A stretch of DNA of 64,000 bases, from NCBI RefSeq assembly GCF_963921235.1, contig NC_086113.1, positions 25,048,001 to 25,112,000 on the forward strand, read 5' to 3'. This DNA comes from Mobula hypostoma. Its lineage: Eukaryota. Positions 47,085-59,750 of the stretch are shown piece after piece. Under the pieces are notes generated by a model that saw nothing but the letters and a program-made list of their open reading frames with translations, made no database searches and had not been told where the DNA came from. A program made the position numbers and the translations under genes. The first letter of the stretch is position 1, and every line of letters begins with the position of its first letter.

Positions 47085-49036
47085 GACGATAGACCATAAG
47101 ACAAAGGAGCAGTAGTCGGCCATTCGGCCCATCGAGTCTGCTCCACCATTTTATCATGAGTTGATCCATTCTCCCATTTAGTCCCACTCTCCCTCCTTCT
47201 CACCATAACCTTTGATGCCCTGGCTACTCAGATACCTATCAACCTCTGCCTTAAATACACCCAATGACTTGGCCTCCACTGCTGCCCTTGGCAACAAATT
47301 CCATAGATTCACCACCCTCTGGCTAAAAAAATTTCTTCACATCTCTGTTCTGAATGGGCGCCCTTCAATCCTTAAGTCATGCCCTCTCGTACTAGACTCC
47401 CCCATCATGGGAAACAACTTTGCCACATCCACTCTGTTCATGCCTTTCAACATTCAAAATGTTTCTATGAGGTCCCTCCTCATTCTTCTAAACTCCAAGG
47501 AATCCAGTCCAAGAGCAGACAAACGTTCCTCATATGTTAACCCTCTTATTCCTGGAATCATTCTAGTGAATCTTCTCTGTACCCTCTCCAACGTCAGCAC
47601 ATCCGTTCTTAAATAATAAGACCAAAACTGCCCACAGTACTCCAGGTGAGGTCTTACCAGCGCCTTATAGAGCCTCAACATCACATCTCTGCTCCTATAC
47701 TCTAGAAATGAATGCCAACATTGCATTCGTCTTCTTCACCACCAACTCAACCTGGAAGTTAACCTTAAGGGTATCCTGCACAAGGACGCCAATATCCTGT
47801 TGCATCTCAGAACTTTGAATTCTCTCCCCATTTAAATAATAGTCTGCCCGTTTATTTCATCTGCCGAAGTGCATAACCATACACTTTCCAACATTGTATT
47901 TAATTTGCCACTTCTTTGCCCATTCTTCTAATCTATCCAAGTCTCTCTGCAGACTCTCTGTTTCCTCAGCACTACCGGCCCCTCCACCTATCTTTGTATC
48001 ATCAGCAAACTTAGCCACAAAGCCATCTATTCCATAATCCAAATCGTTGATGTACAACGTAAAAACAAGCAGCCCCAACACGGACCCCTGTGGAACGCCA
48101 CTGGTAACCGGCAGCCAACCAGAATAGGATCCCTTTATTCCCACTCTCTGTTTCCTGCCAATCAGCCAATGCCCTATCCACGTATGTAACTTTCCCGTAA
48201 TTCCATGGGCTCTTATCTTGTTAAGTATCCTCATGTGTCGCACCTTGGCAAAGGCCTTCTGAAAATCCAAATAGACAACATCCACTGCATCTCCCTTGTC
48301 TAGTCTACCAGTAATTTCCTCAAAAAATTTTAATAGGCTTGTCAGGCAGGATTTTCCTTTAAGGAAACCATGCTGAGTTCTGCCTATCTTGTCATATGCC
48401 TTCAGGTACTCCGTAACCTCATCCTTGACAATCGACTCCAACAATTTCCCAACCACCAATGTCAAGCTAGCAGGTCTATAATTTCCTTTTTGCTTCCTTG
48501 CCCCCTTCTTAAATAGCGGAGTGACATTTGCAATCTTCCAGTCCTCCAGAACCATGCCAGAATCTATCGACTTTTGAAAGATCATCGCTAATGCCTCCGC
48601 AATCTCCACAGCTACTTCCTTCAGAACACGAGTGTGCATTCCATCTGGTCTGGGAGATTTATCTACCTTTAGACTATTCAGCTTCCTGAGTACTTTCTCT
48701 GTTGCAATTGTGACTGCACACACTTCTCTTCCCTGCCACCCTTGAGTGTCCAGTATACTACTAATGTCTTCCTCAGTGAAGACTGATGCAAAATACTCGT
48801 TCAGTTCCTCCGTCATCTCCTTACCTTCCACTACAATTTCTCCAGCATCATTTTCTATTGGCCCTATATCTACTCTCACCTGTCTTTTTCTCTTTATATA
48901 CTTGAAAATACTTTTAGTATCCTCTTTGAAATTATTTGCTAGCTTCTTTTCATAATTCCTCTTTATCTCTTAATGACCTTCTTAGTTTCCTTTTGTAAGC
49001 TTTTAAAAACTTCCCAATCCTCTGTCTTCCCACTAA
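47085..49036 (-). mobile_element. CR1 LINE, 5'-truncated, young
   Basis: ORF 47857-48879 with YLDFQKAF, GVPQGSVLG, FADDTK; nonsense codon at 47857 and an 8-nt deletion near 47700; TSD TGTA at 47081-47084 and 49037-49040. Confidence 0.97.
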
Positions 49037-49412
49037 TGTATGGGAAGATCTGGTAAAATACCATATTTTTGTTTTGTAAAAGAGGCCCAAGACTTCACTT
49101 CAGGCTGACCTCGCTGTGCTGTGAACTTTGTATCGTCCTTCCATTTCATCTGTGAGAGAATCCCCCAGCAAATGTCTCATGGTCTTTTTAAAGTGAAGCT
49201 TGATAGGTTCTTGGTTAGTAAAGGTGTCAAAAGCTATGGGAAGAAGGCAGGAAAATGTGGTTGAGTGGGATAATACATCAGTCATGATGGAATGGTGGAG
49301 CAGACTTGATGGGCCGAATAGTCTAATTCTGTTCTTATATCATATCCTTAGTTTTGTTGGTTGTTAGTGCAAATAATGTATTTCAATGCATGTTTTGATG
49401 TACACCATATCA

Positions 49413-49568
49413 CATGGGTTTCTTCCAGGTGCTCTGTTTTCGTCACATATTATGAAGACGTTTGTGTTTGTAGGTTAATTGATCACGTGGGTGTAATTGG
49501 ACAGCGGGGGCTCACTGGGCTGGAAGGGCCTATTACCGAGCTGTATCTCTGCGTAAAATTAAAATAAA
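49413..49568 (+). mobile_element. V-SINE 3' half
   Basis: GGGTTTCTTCCAGGTGCTCTGTTTT...GGGCTGGAAGGGCC...CTGTATCTCT. Confidence 0.6.
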
Positions 49569-51184
49569 GTCTTTGGTTTGACCGCCTGTACCAGAAACAG
49601 CACCACACCCACTCAGACCTCTGTGCTTTAGCTTCTCAACATGGATATCCCTGACTTCGAAACTTCTAACAGAACGCCACCTTGACTAAAGATATTGCAG
49701 CATGATAACTTGATGTGGAAAATATAAAGGCATAAGAAACAGGTCGGTTATTCAACCCCTTCTCCTGATCTGGCACTCAATAAAAGCATAGTGAAGCTTT
49801 ATTTCAGCTAAACTTCACTGCATTTACCCTAAGTTCCCCCCGCTTCTCCTAATCTATCAATCTTGGTCTTGAATATACTTAATAACATAGTCCCCTTCTG
49901 AAATCTCATTATCCACAGGGTTAAGAAATTTCTTTGCACCTCTGTCCACATTGACTGAACCCTTATTTTGGGACTGTGACCCCAATAGACACTACCAAGC
50001 CAAAGGAAACCTCAACTCTGAATACTCCTTGTCAAGTCCTGTAAGGAATATGGACACTTCAATGAGATCACATTTGAGAAGAAGTTCCTGAGGGAATTAC
50101 ATTTGGCCTAGCTCTCTTTCTGAAACATGACAGACTGTTGTTTTTGATGATGACATCACATTCAAAAGTTCGGTGAGCTCCCATTTTGAAAGACAAGAGC
50201 AGATTAAATTGCTGCAAGCACACAGTTGGATGGGTTTTTTTTTCAAACCCATGAGAGTTTGCCATATTTCTCAGCACTGCAGAAGTGACCAGACTTCAAA
50301 AATGTCGGCTGCAAAGTACTTTGGGACATCCTGAGATGGATGTGAAATGAACTCTATAATTTACTTTTCTTTTTCTCTCTGTGCACAGGTATCAAACTAC
50401 AGAATGACAGCTCCTCAATGAGACCAAGATGCAGAATCTGACTGGATTGCTTGAGGCAATCAGCCAGGTTATTTTTGACCCATTTGGTACTTTGCTTTCT
50501 TCTTCTGTGGGACCTGCAAAGCTGCATTCACCTTTCAACTCTCCGTAGCATCTAGTGTCTTCCCGGCCTCTTGGCTGTGGTTATTTCATGTGCCAAAACA
50601 GTCCACAAGTCATGGATAAATCTGATAAGTTTATTTTAAAATGGATGTAAGTTCCACAAGTTAAAAAATATAACTAACAAGACTAAAGCATACTAAAAAA
50701 CATATGGCTTCATGCACCCCATTGAAATGAATTTCCTGTTTGTAAGTCAGCTGTAGCTGGCATTAAGTAAAGATCTGAGATGTGAAGTACATCTACATCT
50801 TTGCACAGTAGGATTAGAATACTCCCTTGGACTCAGTCCTAGTCTAGGGGATCAGCAGAAAGTTAGATACACCGATGTCGGAGCACCAGTACGTCATGTT
50901 TCCACACCCTACAGTATGTTGAAGTGAAAATTTCGTATTCACCAACACACTAGTTATTGTTCCTCTATGGAACCACCTGCCAGCCAGTCATGCAATCCCA
51001 TGCAAGATAGCTACTCTTACACGTTCTGTGCAAGACAGCTTAGTCTACATTGAAATTGTGACCACAGTTTGTGATGTATCTGTCAGTATTTCTCCATGTA
51101 ACTATCAGGAAGTATTGGGTTTCCACATAAGTGAATGTCAAGCTCCGCACTTCAGTGTTCTTCAGTGTTAGATAGTGCTGTCAA

Positions 51185-52030
51185 GGCAACCTCACAGCTG
51201 ATGTAGATCCCTCTGCAAGGCCTTCCTCACTGTCTGCTAAACCCCCATTCTCAGTGCCATATGCAAATTTGCTGCTCCAGTTAAACACATCACTATCCAG
51301 ATCACTGATATAGGTGACAAACAATAAAGGACCCAGCACAAATCCCAGCAGCACAGAACTACTCACAGGTTTCCAGTCAAAGAAGCATCCCTCTGCTATC
51401 ACTCTCTGGCTTCTCCCTCAAATTCAATGTCCAATCCAATTTGCTACCTCATCCTGAATGCCAAGCAACTGAACATTCCTTTGTGGGACCTTGTCAAATT
51501 TCTAACTAAAGTCCATGTAGACAACATCCACTGCCTTGCCTTCATCCACCTCCATGGTAACTTCCTTGAAAAACTCAGTAAGTTTGGTTAGACATGACCT
51601 ATCACACACAAAGTCATGCTGACTATCCTTAATCAGTCCATGTCTATCCAAATATTATATATCCAGTCCCTTAGAATTCCTTCCAATAACTTTCCCACTT
51701 TGATGTCAGACCCACCAGCCTATAATTTCCTGGTTCCTGCTTAGAGCCTTTTTTTAAACAGCAGAACAACAGTGGCTATCCTCCAATCCTCTGGTACCTC
51801 CCCTGTTGCTGAGAATGTTTTAAATATTTCTGCTAGGGCCCCGGCAATATCTGCACCTACCTCCCATAGAGTCCAAGGGAACACCTTGTAAGGCTCTGGG
51901 GATCTTTCCACTCTGATTTGCCTCAGGGTAGCAAACACCATCTCCTCTGAAATAAGTACAGGGTCTATGAAGATGATGCTACTGTGCCTCACTTCTATAG
52001 ACTCTGTACCTGTCTCCTGAGTAAATACAG
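51185..52030 (-). mobile_element. Older internal CR1 RT fragment
   Basis: EVPEDWRIATVVLLFKK; W.PVSS.V..G.VLGPLLFV.YISDLD; SKFA. Breaks off at ~51185 without a 3' end. Confidence 0.85.
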
Positions 52031-52439
52031 GGGCAAAGAATGTATTTAGTCAATATACTCTCAGTCACTCATCTATAGAAGCTTGTCAAAGTTTTAGATG
52101 GCCATTTGATTACTAATTAATCCATTCAGCACAATGTTGTGCACTGTTCTATGTTCTATGTTTTTAACTAGTCAAGCATTTTGTGAATTTTGTCAGGTAT
52201 TTGGCCTCAAATGTGACTTCAACAGCGATCAAAATATTTCTCTGGGATTTAAAATCAGACGATCCCTGTGCTGGGCAAGTCACTTCATAATTGGGTAGGT
52301 ATAGTAAGTGGTGCATCAGTTAGCACGGGTGGTTCTCTTTTCCTAGGAAATTCTGATGATAGAGTCAATGAAGAGTTGATGAGACTGAGGAGCATAAAAT
52401 ATAATTAGTGTGGGGTTTCTACACATGGATGCTTGGGGA

Positions 52440-52566
52440 CAAAAAGGAATGCGGATGTTACAATCTGGAGCAACAAACAAGAGGCTGAAAGAACTCAGCA
52501 GGTTAGGCAGCATCTGAGGAGCAAAATACATCATTGACATTTCGTGTTGAGACCCTTCAGCTGGAT
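52440..52566 (-). mobile_element. Penelope pLTR remnant with decayed hammerhead
   Basis: Minus strand TCCAGCTGAAGGGTCTCAACACGAAATGTCAATG...AGATGCTGCCTAACCTGCTGAGTTC. Confidence 0.7.
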
Positions 52567-53416
52567 GAACAGGTAATTGGATGTTTGATGCCCGTCCTGG
52601 ACTCAACAGCCATAATAACTGTATGTATGACTGCATGAACAGAAAAAGTAGCTTGTTAATTAATGTAAATCTATAAGACATTAAAATGATTGAATGTCAT
52701 CAGAAAGGCCAGCTTTTTTGCTACCATGAATTATTTGAAAGAAGTGGTTATTATTGATTCTAATTTTGATCAAGTTGAGCTTTAGTGGAAATATATCTTC
52801 ACCACTTCTAAATCCATTGTAATCTGATGATAATTCTGTTCCTAAGAAATTTATTCACATTTTTGTTAAACATTGCTCATGTGGGAAATTATTCATCTTT
52901 GTAACCTTATCATTTGTACCCAGATATGAAATGGATTTATTGAATGTGTGAAGACAGATTTTTGATTTTTACAGCTCAAAGCGGTAAAAATACAAATGCT
53001 CTCAAAAATTATCGGATGAACATGAAGAAAATTTTCCACTTGCTCAAGAGCTATAATTGATGAACGTATTGACCACAGATTCAGACCCTTGCCTTTTCAT
53101 AGAATTGTACAAGGAGTTGGAAGTGACAGGAAATCTGATAGGTCCCTGAGCCCAGTATTGATGTATTGGCTTAAATGGAGATAGAAGGCTAGTAAAAAAT
53201 TGGACTTTATGCCTCACCCAGTTGTCACCAACATTGCTGGCAGTTACTTGATCAGTTCACAATTGAAGAAGAAGAATTTCTGGCCATTTTTCATGCTTAT
53301 GATGCTGGTGAGCCATGTGACATGTTGCAGACTGCTACAAAACTTCTAAATATACATCTTCTGAACTGCTATTGCTGCAGTCAGCAGCCTGTAATTCCCT
53401 TTTATGCAACATACTT

Positions 53417-54284
53417 TTCAGTTCAATTCAATTCCAGTTTAGTGGCTATTCTCATGAATACAGTGAAACAAGACAGTGTTGCTCCAGGGTCAAGCTGCTA
53501 AACACAGTACCAACAGTCACACACAGCACAAAGCACACACAAGATAGCAAGTACAAATGGTACTGCAATCGCACAATAAAAGAGTCCCAAAGCTTGTACA
53601 GTCAACCACAATAGAGCCTATCAGGGTCAGCATCAATTTCAGCCTGGAGGCCATGCCACACCACCCCTGGTGGAGCACACCGGCCCCAATGGCCCTCCCC
53701 ACCCCTGGGCAATACCATGGCTTGAGGCCCAGTCCTCGCACATACAGGACGACAAGCTCATATAGGACATCAGTAAAATATAACAACGCAGAACATACAT
53801 GTATATAGTCCAGTCCCCCCAGCACATCAAAATCATCAGTCGACTGCAACAGAGCTTTCAGCCCAGATGTCACACTAGTCCCAATGGAGCACACTGGCCC
53901 TGATACCCATGAGACGACACTGCAGCCTGAGGCCCAGTCCTCACATATACAAGCACATATAGAATATTAGTAAAATACAACCACTAAAAATATATATGAA
54001 TATTGTCTAGGCGCTTCAGGCCATTAAGATCTTCAGTTGACTGCAACTGTGTCGCAACGCGCACACCCCCCCCCCCCCTGTGGAGTGCACTGGCTTGGAT
54101 GCCTCTTCCCTCGTGGCTGTAAAACAGGCAATCCCACTGCTTGAGGCCCTTAGTCCATTGAATGTCGCTAAAATCTGCAGTTGACCACAGCAGAGCTTGT
54201 CTTCTGCCAGGCAAAATCCCAGGAAGGCAGCACTGACTCCATTTTAGATGCTGTTCCACACAGCCCCCAGTGGAGTGCACCAGG
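53417..54284 (-). mobile_element. Non-coding retroposon with ~200-bp tandem monomers and (TTGAA)n tail
   Basis: TGGAG(C/T)(A/G)CAC(C/T) anchor at 53671, 53885, 54081 and 54271; tail TTCAGTTCAATTCAATTC on the plus strand. Confidence 0.65.
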
Positions 54285-54309
54285 AAATATCTCAATGAAG
54301 TAGTGATGT

Positions 54310-56500
54310 CACGATCTTCTGAAGGACTTAATTCTCAAACATGCAGGCACAGCACTTTTAAGCAGATGAAGGTACAATACATTACCCTGACCGGAAGAGA
54401 AGGATAAAAGGAGGACTCCAAGCCAGGCTGAGATGCAGAGGAATGAAAATCCCTCTACTCAGTATCTTATTAGTAAATGCATAATCACTGGAAAACACAA
54501 TTGAGGACCCAGGGCCAAAACTGTTGTATTGCAAGGAAATAAGGAATTGCTATGTTCTGTGTTTCACGGAGACATGGATCACTCCGGAGACAACAGACAT
54601 GTTGGTAAGACCTGGAGGCTTCTCAATCCACAGTATAAATCTGAACTGCTGATTCAGAGAAGGCAAAAGATTGGGGGTCTGTGTTTCATGATTAGCTCTT
54701 TATGGTGCTTGGATGTGGCAGTTCTGTGACACATTTGTTCCTCTGACCTGGAGCATCTAGTGACGAAGTGCCAACTGTTGTACTTAACAAGAGAGTTATC
54801 CTCCGTGATCCTGACTGCAGTTTACATCCTGCCAAAAAGCCAACGCTATTCAGGCACTTGAGATATTGAAGGGTGTCATCACCAAACAAGAAAATGCCCA
54901 CCCTGGTGCATTTAAAATCATAGTCAGGGACTTCAATCAGGTTTCTTTGAAGAACTCGCTGCCCAATTATCAACATCATATAACCTACAGCACCAGGGAT
55001 CTAAATGTGCTCAGCCACTGTTATACTACAATAAGGAATGCCAACCGTTCCATGCCTAGACCACATTTCAGGAAATCTGATCACTTGGCTGTACTTCTCC
55101 TACCTGCATACAGGCAGAGCTTAAAGAGCAAAGCGCCAGAGATAAAGACAACAGAGAGTTTGTCACGGGAGGCAGAGAAGCAGCTACAGGATTGCTTTGA
55201 GTCAGTTGACTGGACTGTGTTCAAGGACTCATCAGAGATTCTGAATGAATATACCACGGCTGTGATGAATTTTATCAAAACACCACAAAATCATTCAGAC
55301 TCTTCCCCAACCAGATCTGCAATCAGCTGAGGGCCAGGTAAGTGACATACAGATCTAGTGACCAAGGAAGATACAAGAAGTCCAGGTACAATCTCTGGAA
55401 ATCTATCTCACATGCAAGGTGGCAATTCCAGACCAAGCTTGAATCACTGAAGGATGCTGAACAGCTGTGGCAGGGCTTGAATGCTATTACCTCTTACAAA
55501 GTGAAACCAGAGACATGGTTAAGAACAAGGCTTTGCTCTCAGATGAGCTCAGAGCCTTCAATGCTTGCTTTGAGGGTCAAAACATGGAGGAAACTTCAAA
55601 AACTCTCACAGGCTAAGGAGTTGATTACTGACTTCAGGAGGAGGAAACTTGAGGTCCACAAGCCAGCCCTCATTGGAAGATCAGAGGTGAAGAGAGTCAA
55701 CAACTTTAAATTCCTTGGGGTTATCACTTCAAAAGATTTGCCCTGAGCCCAGCATGTAAGTGCAATTATGAAGAAAGCACAGCAGTACCTCTGCTTCCTT
55801 AGAAGTTTGTAAACATTTGGCAAAACATCTAAAACTTTGACAGACTTCTATAGATGTGTCATTGAGAGTATATTGACTGGTTGCATCATAGTCTGGTATG
55901 GAAACACCAATGCTCTAAAATGGAATGTCCTACAAAATGTAGTGGGTATTTCCAGTCCATTATGGGTAAAGCTCTCCTTGCCACTGAGCACATCTACACA
56001 GAGTGCTGTCACAAGGAAGCAGCATCCATCATCAGTATCCAGGTCATGCTCTCTACTCGCTGATGCCATCAGGATGAAGGTACTGGAGTCTCAGGACCCT
56101 CACTACCATGTCCTGGAGCAATTATTACTCCTCAACCTTCAGGTTCTTGGATCAGAGGGGGTTAACTTCAGTCAACTTCACTCACACTATCACTAACCTT
56201 TTCTCACAATTATTGGATTCACTTTGAACAACTTTTGAATTCATGGTCTTGATATTTATTGCTGATTTACTTAATTATTATTTTTTCTCTTTGTATTTGT
56301 ACAGTTAATTTCCTATTGAACATTGGCTATTCGTCTGTCCTATTGAGTACGGTCTTTCATTGATATGGTCTTTCATTGATTCTACTGTGTTTCTTGGATT
56401 TACTGTGTATGTCCACAGGAAAGCAAATTTCAGGTTTCTATGTAGTGTCATACACAGTATGTACTTTGATAATAAATTTACTTTTGAACATTGAACTTTG
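54310..56500 (+). mobile_element. Rex1/Babar LINE retaining the endonuclease but with the RT core deleted
   Basis: GGLQARLR...PL.SILL.N...LEN; DFNQ; HCYTTI; KSDHLAVLLLPAY; jump at ~55611 to KELITDFRR...FKFLGV; tail ACTTTGATAATAAATTTACTTTTGAACATTGAACTTTG. Confidence 0.85.
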
Positions 56501-58101
56501 ATAAGTTCTGGGAGAGGGTTAGGCAGGGACACATTTCTCTTCGGCCAAAGCAATTGGTGTCAGAATAAAAAGAAGTGTAGGGATAATGACCTTGTCAGGA
56601 CCATCAAAAATTTTGAGCTCTAGTGTCCTTCAGGGTGCCTTTGGACACACTAAGGTAATTGCCAATAAAGTGGCTCTTGTACATTAGAATATATACCTAC
56701 AATTGCAACATGTCAAACACAGATCTCATATTTTCCTGATTTGGATGATCTCTGCACTATTAGCTTTCTACTTAGACAAGTATTTCTGTACATTTCTATT
56801 CATTTCAGTTTTATGTGGCTATTTTGTCCGAGGTGACCACATATTTAACACAAACCTCCAGGAAGCACTGCAAACATCATGACAGTGTATAGACTGCACA
56901 CATATGGCATATCCCAACCAAGGGGCAAAAATACCAACTGCTTTTGACACATATCAGTGAGGTAGGGCTAGTGGTGAGAAGGGGGCCAGATATACCTGAT
57001 TTTGGAGCTGGAGATCAAGATTTGGTATAGGGCTGGTGGTTGCTGGAGTTTGGAGCTCAACATTGGTGTATGGATTGACTGGAGATTGTGAGAGTGCAGT
57101 GTGTGCAGAGATTTTTGGGTGGAGAAGCAAAAAGGTAATTGGCTATAAACTAGGGGTTGGTGTGGAGTGGCCGGACCTCAGGCCTGGCAATGGAGTGTAA
57201 GGTCACTCAGCACTGGGGCCTAGCTGAAGGTGGAGGGATTTAACCAGAAACTAAGATCAGGATTGGGGTGACAGCAGATCAGAGCCTGATGTCAGGTTAA
57301 GGGTGGAAAGAAAACAGGTCCAGTGGTGGTGGATTTCTAAATAGTAAGACTTGAGTTTAGAGGCAGATTGTAGCACGTTGGAAGTTAGCACAGTGGGGTG
57401 GAAGGGGTTGTGTGCAAGCCTGAAGGGAGCAGATGTTAATGAAATTTTATGTGGAATTCCCTGGGTTGGGATCCTATTGCTGAGCTCGGACATGCTTCAT
57501 CAGCCTTTCCTAAAACAACAGAGGCAACAGAATAATGAAATCATGGCTGCTTCAGGAACACTCCATTACTGATAGGATGCTTTACAAGGGAACGTTCTTC
57601 CATTTACCTAGTGATTTTGTTCAAATGCTGCACCATTCCATGGGTCTCTGCCTGTTAGGGTTTCCTGTGTGGCATGTTTTGAACCAGAAGTGAAAACAAT
57701 CATGTCCCAGTCTGGAAATGTGTAGTGTTGTGTAGTGTTGAAAAATCAATTGCCAGATACTGGGGATGTAGTTTCTAAATAAAAAACAAATATAATTAAC
57801 TTATGTAAAATTATGTTTTTTTTCAATCCCACAGATTGTAATTACAAGGAATTTTCCAGAACTTGAGGTGCAACAGTCACTTTGGTTGAACAGTTTTCCA
57901 CTTATTAAGAACAATCAGTTTTATAGTGTGTACAATATACAGAATGTAGCATAATAAGATTAATATATCTCCATTTGTGGAACAGTTCCATCTGCTTTTG
58001 ACAGCTGGCAAAGACTCTGAAAAACAAGAATACGTAAGATTTGAGCCTACATTTTAATTGCGCTCCCAAATAATTGTCATCAGGCTCCATATTTTAAACA
58101 G

Positions 58102-58215
58102 ACTCTGGGGCTTGTCAAATCTGCTGGATTGGACTGGTACCTCCCAGAAATGGCTAGCTACTTGCCTCCTGTCAAGAGCTGCATCGAATTGAAAGCTGGT
58201 TCAAATTCAACCCCG
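58102..58215 (+). other. Candidate 114-nt exon (phase 0/0, TLGLVKSAGLDWYLPEMASYLPPVKSCIELKAGSNSTP)
   Basis: Weak acceptor TTTTAAACAG| and donor CCG|GTAAGC; only one frame is open. No protein recognised. Confidence 0.25.
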
Positions 58216-59304
58216 GTAAGCAGAAGGATGATGCCGTCAATAATTTACAGACTTCAATGAAAAGTTGTAGTCGGGGTTTGAAAGGAGACTGCATTTATTC
58301 TAAAGAGCACAGCAGCCATTCCAGGATTGCAATATTTTTCCAGCCCTTCAGAAACATCTTGCCAATGTAAGCATATTTACACGCTGCTGCTTCACCTTTT
58401 ACTGGGAGCGTTCATTGCTGTTGATAATGCAGTTAAAATATTTTTAACACATGATTGCATTCCATAAACAACCAAGGGCCACTTTTGCCCCTGCACTCTA
58501 TGTAAATCTTTCTTTAATGTTATTGGTGACCTGGAGTTCTCAGATAATGTTTGCGTTTAACCCTGTTTCTGGAAGATGCTGACCACTGTGGTCTGAGACC
58601 ATTGGCAAGATATTTATTTTAAAAGTGGCAATCTCACATTTTCTCCACCTCCCAGGAATAAGTTAAGGAGAACAAAGGAGAGAAAAGAAATGTTGGGGGG
58701 CTGGGGGTGGAAATGGGATCAGTATATATCTTCATCCCTTCTCACAAATTGCTGAAGAGAGAAAATGGATAAAGATCATGGAAAAAAACATTTTGAAATA
58801 TGATTTTTTTATGAATGATGAGGCCACTTGTATCATAAAACTTGACAGATGAGCTAATGTGTGATGTCAAGATAATTGAATTATGTTGATATATCTTTTC
58901 TGTTTTTTTTCATTAAATTTAGATTATCTCTATGTTCCCAGGTGTGTTTCAAAAAATGACTATGCTTTTTTTTAATATCTCTTTAGTTTGTCAAGGAATC
59001 AAAAGATCTGCAATTAAATATTAGATTCAGGCTGGTAAAATGAAAACTTGCAGTTCAGCTTCCCTCCCAGATCTCTGACTATTCTCTGGAATCAATCCCA
59101 GTCTGTGCCAATTGACCTTATTTTCTCCTAATTTCTTCTTAATTGCCACACAAGGGAAGAAAGAAACATATTGGAATTTATAACTTGCAGCAGTGGGAGT
59201 CCAGATTTGAGCAGTAGAGAGAAAAAGTATAGGTTGACCATGGTGACAAGATCAGCCCTTGGTCTGATGTCCATTTAACAAATGGATAGGATCTGAGGAC
59301 AATA

Positions 59305-59750
59305 CTTTCCTCTTCTCTATCTCTTTCTCCATTTTCCTTACCTCTTATTTTCTTCTTCACTTTCCCACCCCTATTCCTTGTCTCTTACACCTTCACCTCT
59401 CCTGTCTGTTCCTCTCTCTCTTTTCCCACTCCTTTCCCTTTGCACCTCCACATTTGTCCTCACGTCCCTCCTCCGACATTACTCTTAACTCACCATTCTT
59501 ATGTCAGTCTTTTCTCTCATATTTTGTCTCTCTTCACCCCTATCCTTTCCCCTTCTCATCTCTCCTTCCCCACTTCTCACTGCCTTTCTCCTCCCCATTT
59601 TGCCCTCATATTTTCCTCCTCCTTATCTATTTCCCTCTTCTCCTTGCATTTCTTTTCTGTCTATTTTCTTTTTCCTGAACCTTCTCCACTTCTTCTCCCT
59701 ATTCCTGCTTCTCTCTGCTCCATCCCTCCTACTCTTCATGACTTTTTCGT
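59305..59750 (+). repeat. Polypyrimidine low-complexity tract (~450 bp)
   Basis: Almost G-free CT-rich run; source of three spurious ORFs. Confidence 0.85.

Noticed and set aside
50389-50467. Coding exon after a strong acceptor
   Set aside because: Stops in all three frames and a weak donor; the pyrimidine tract is a SINE tail.
50745-51184. Group I intron, or a reversed (non-complemented) CR1 segment
   Set aside because: Only a Q-like GATCAGCAG with no R/P7 element; the reversed text matches CR1 over ~25 nt only and is not collinear.
52975-53150. Coding exon after TTTTTACAG
   Set aside because: All three frames close within 100 nt and there is no good donor.
53800-54050. Hammerhead cores in the monomers (minus-strand CTGATGA / CTGAAGA)
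   Set aside because: No helix II or GAAA at the required spacing.
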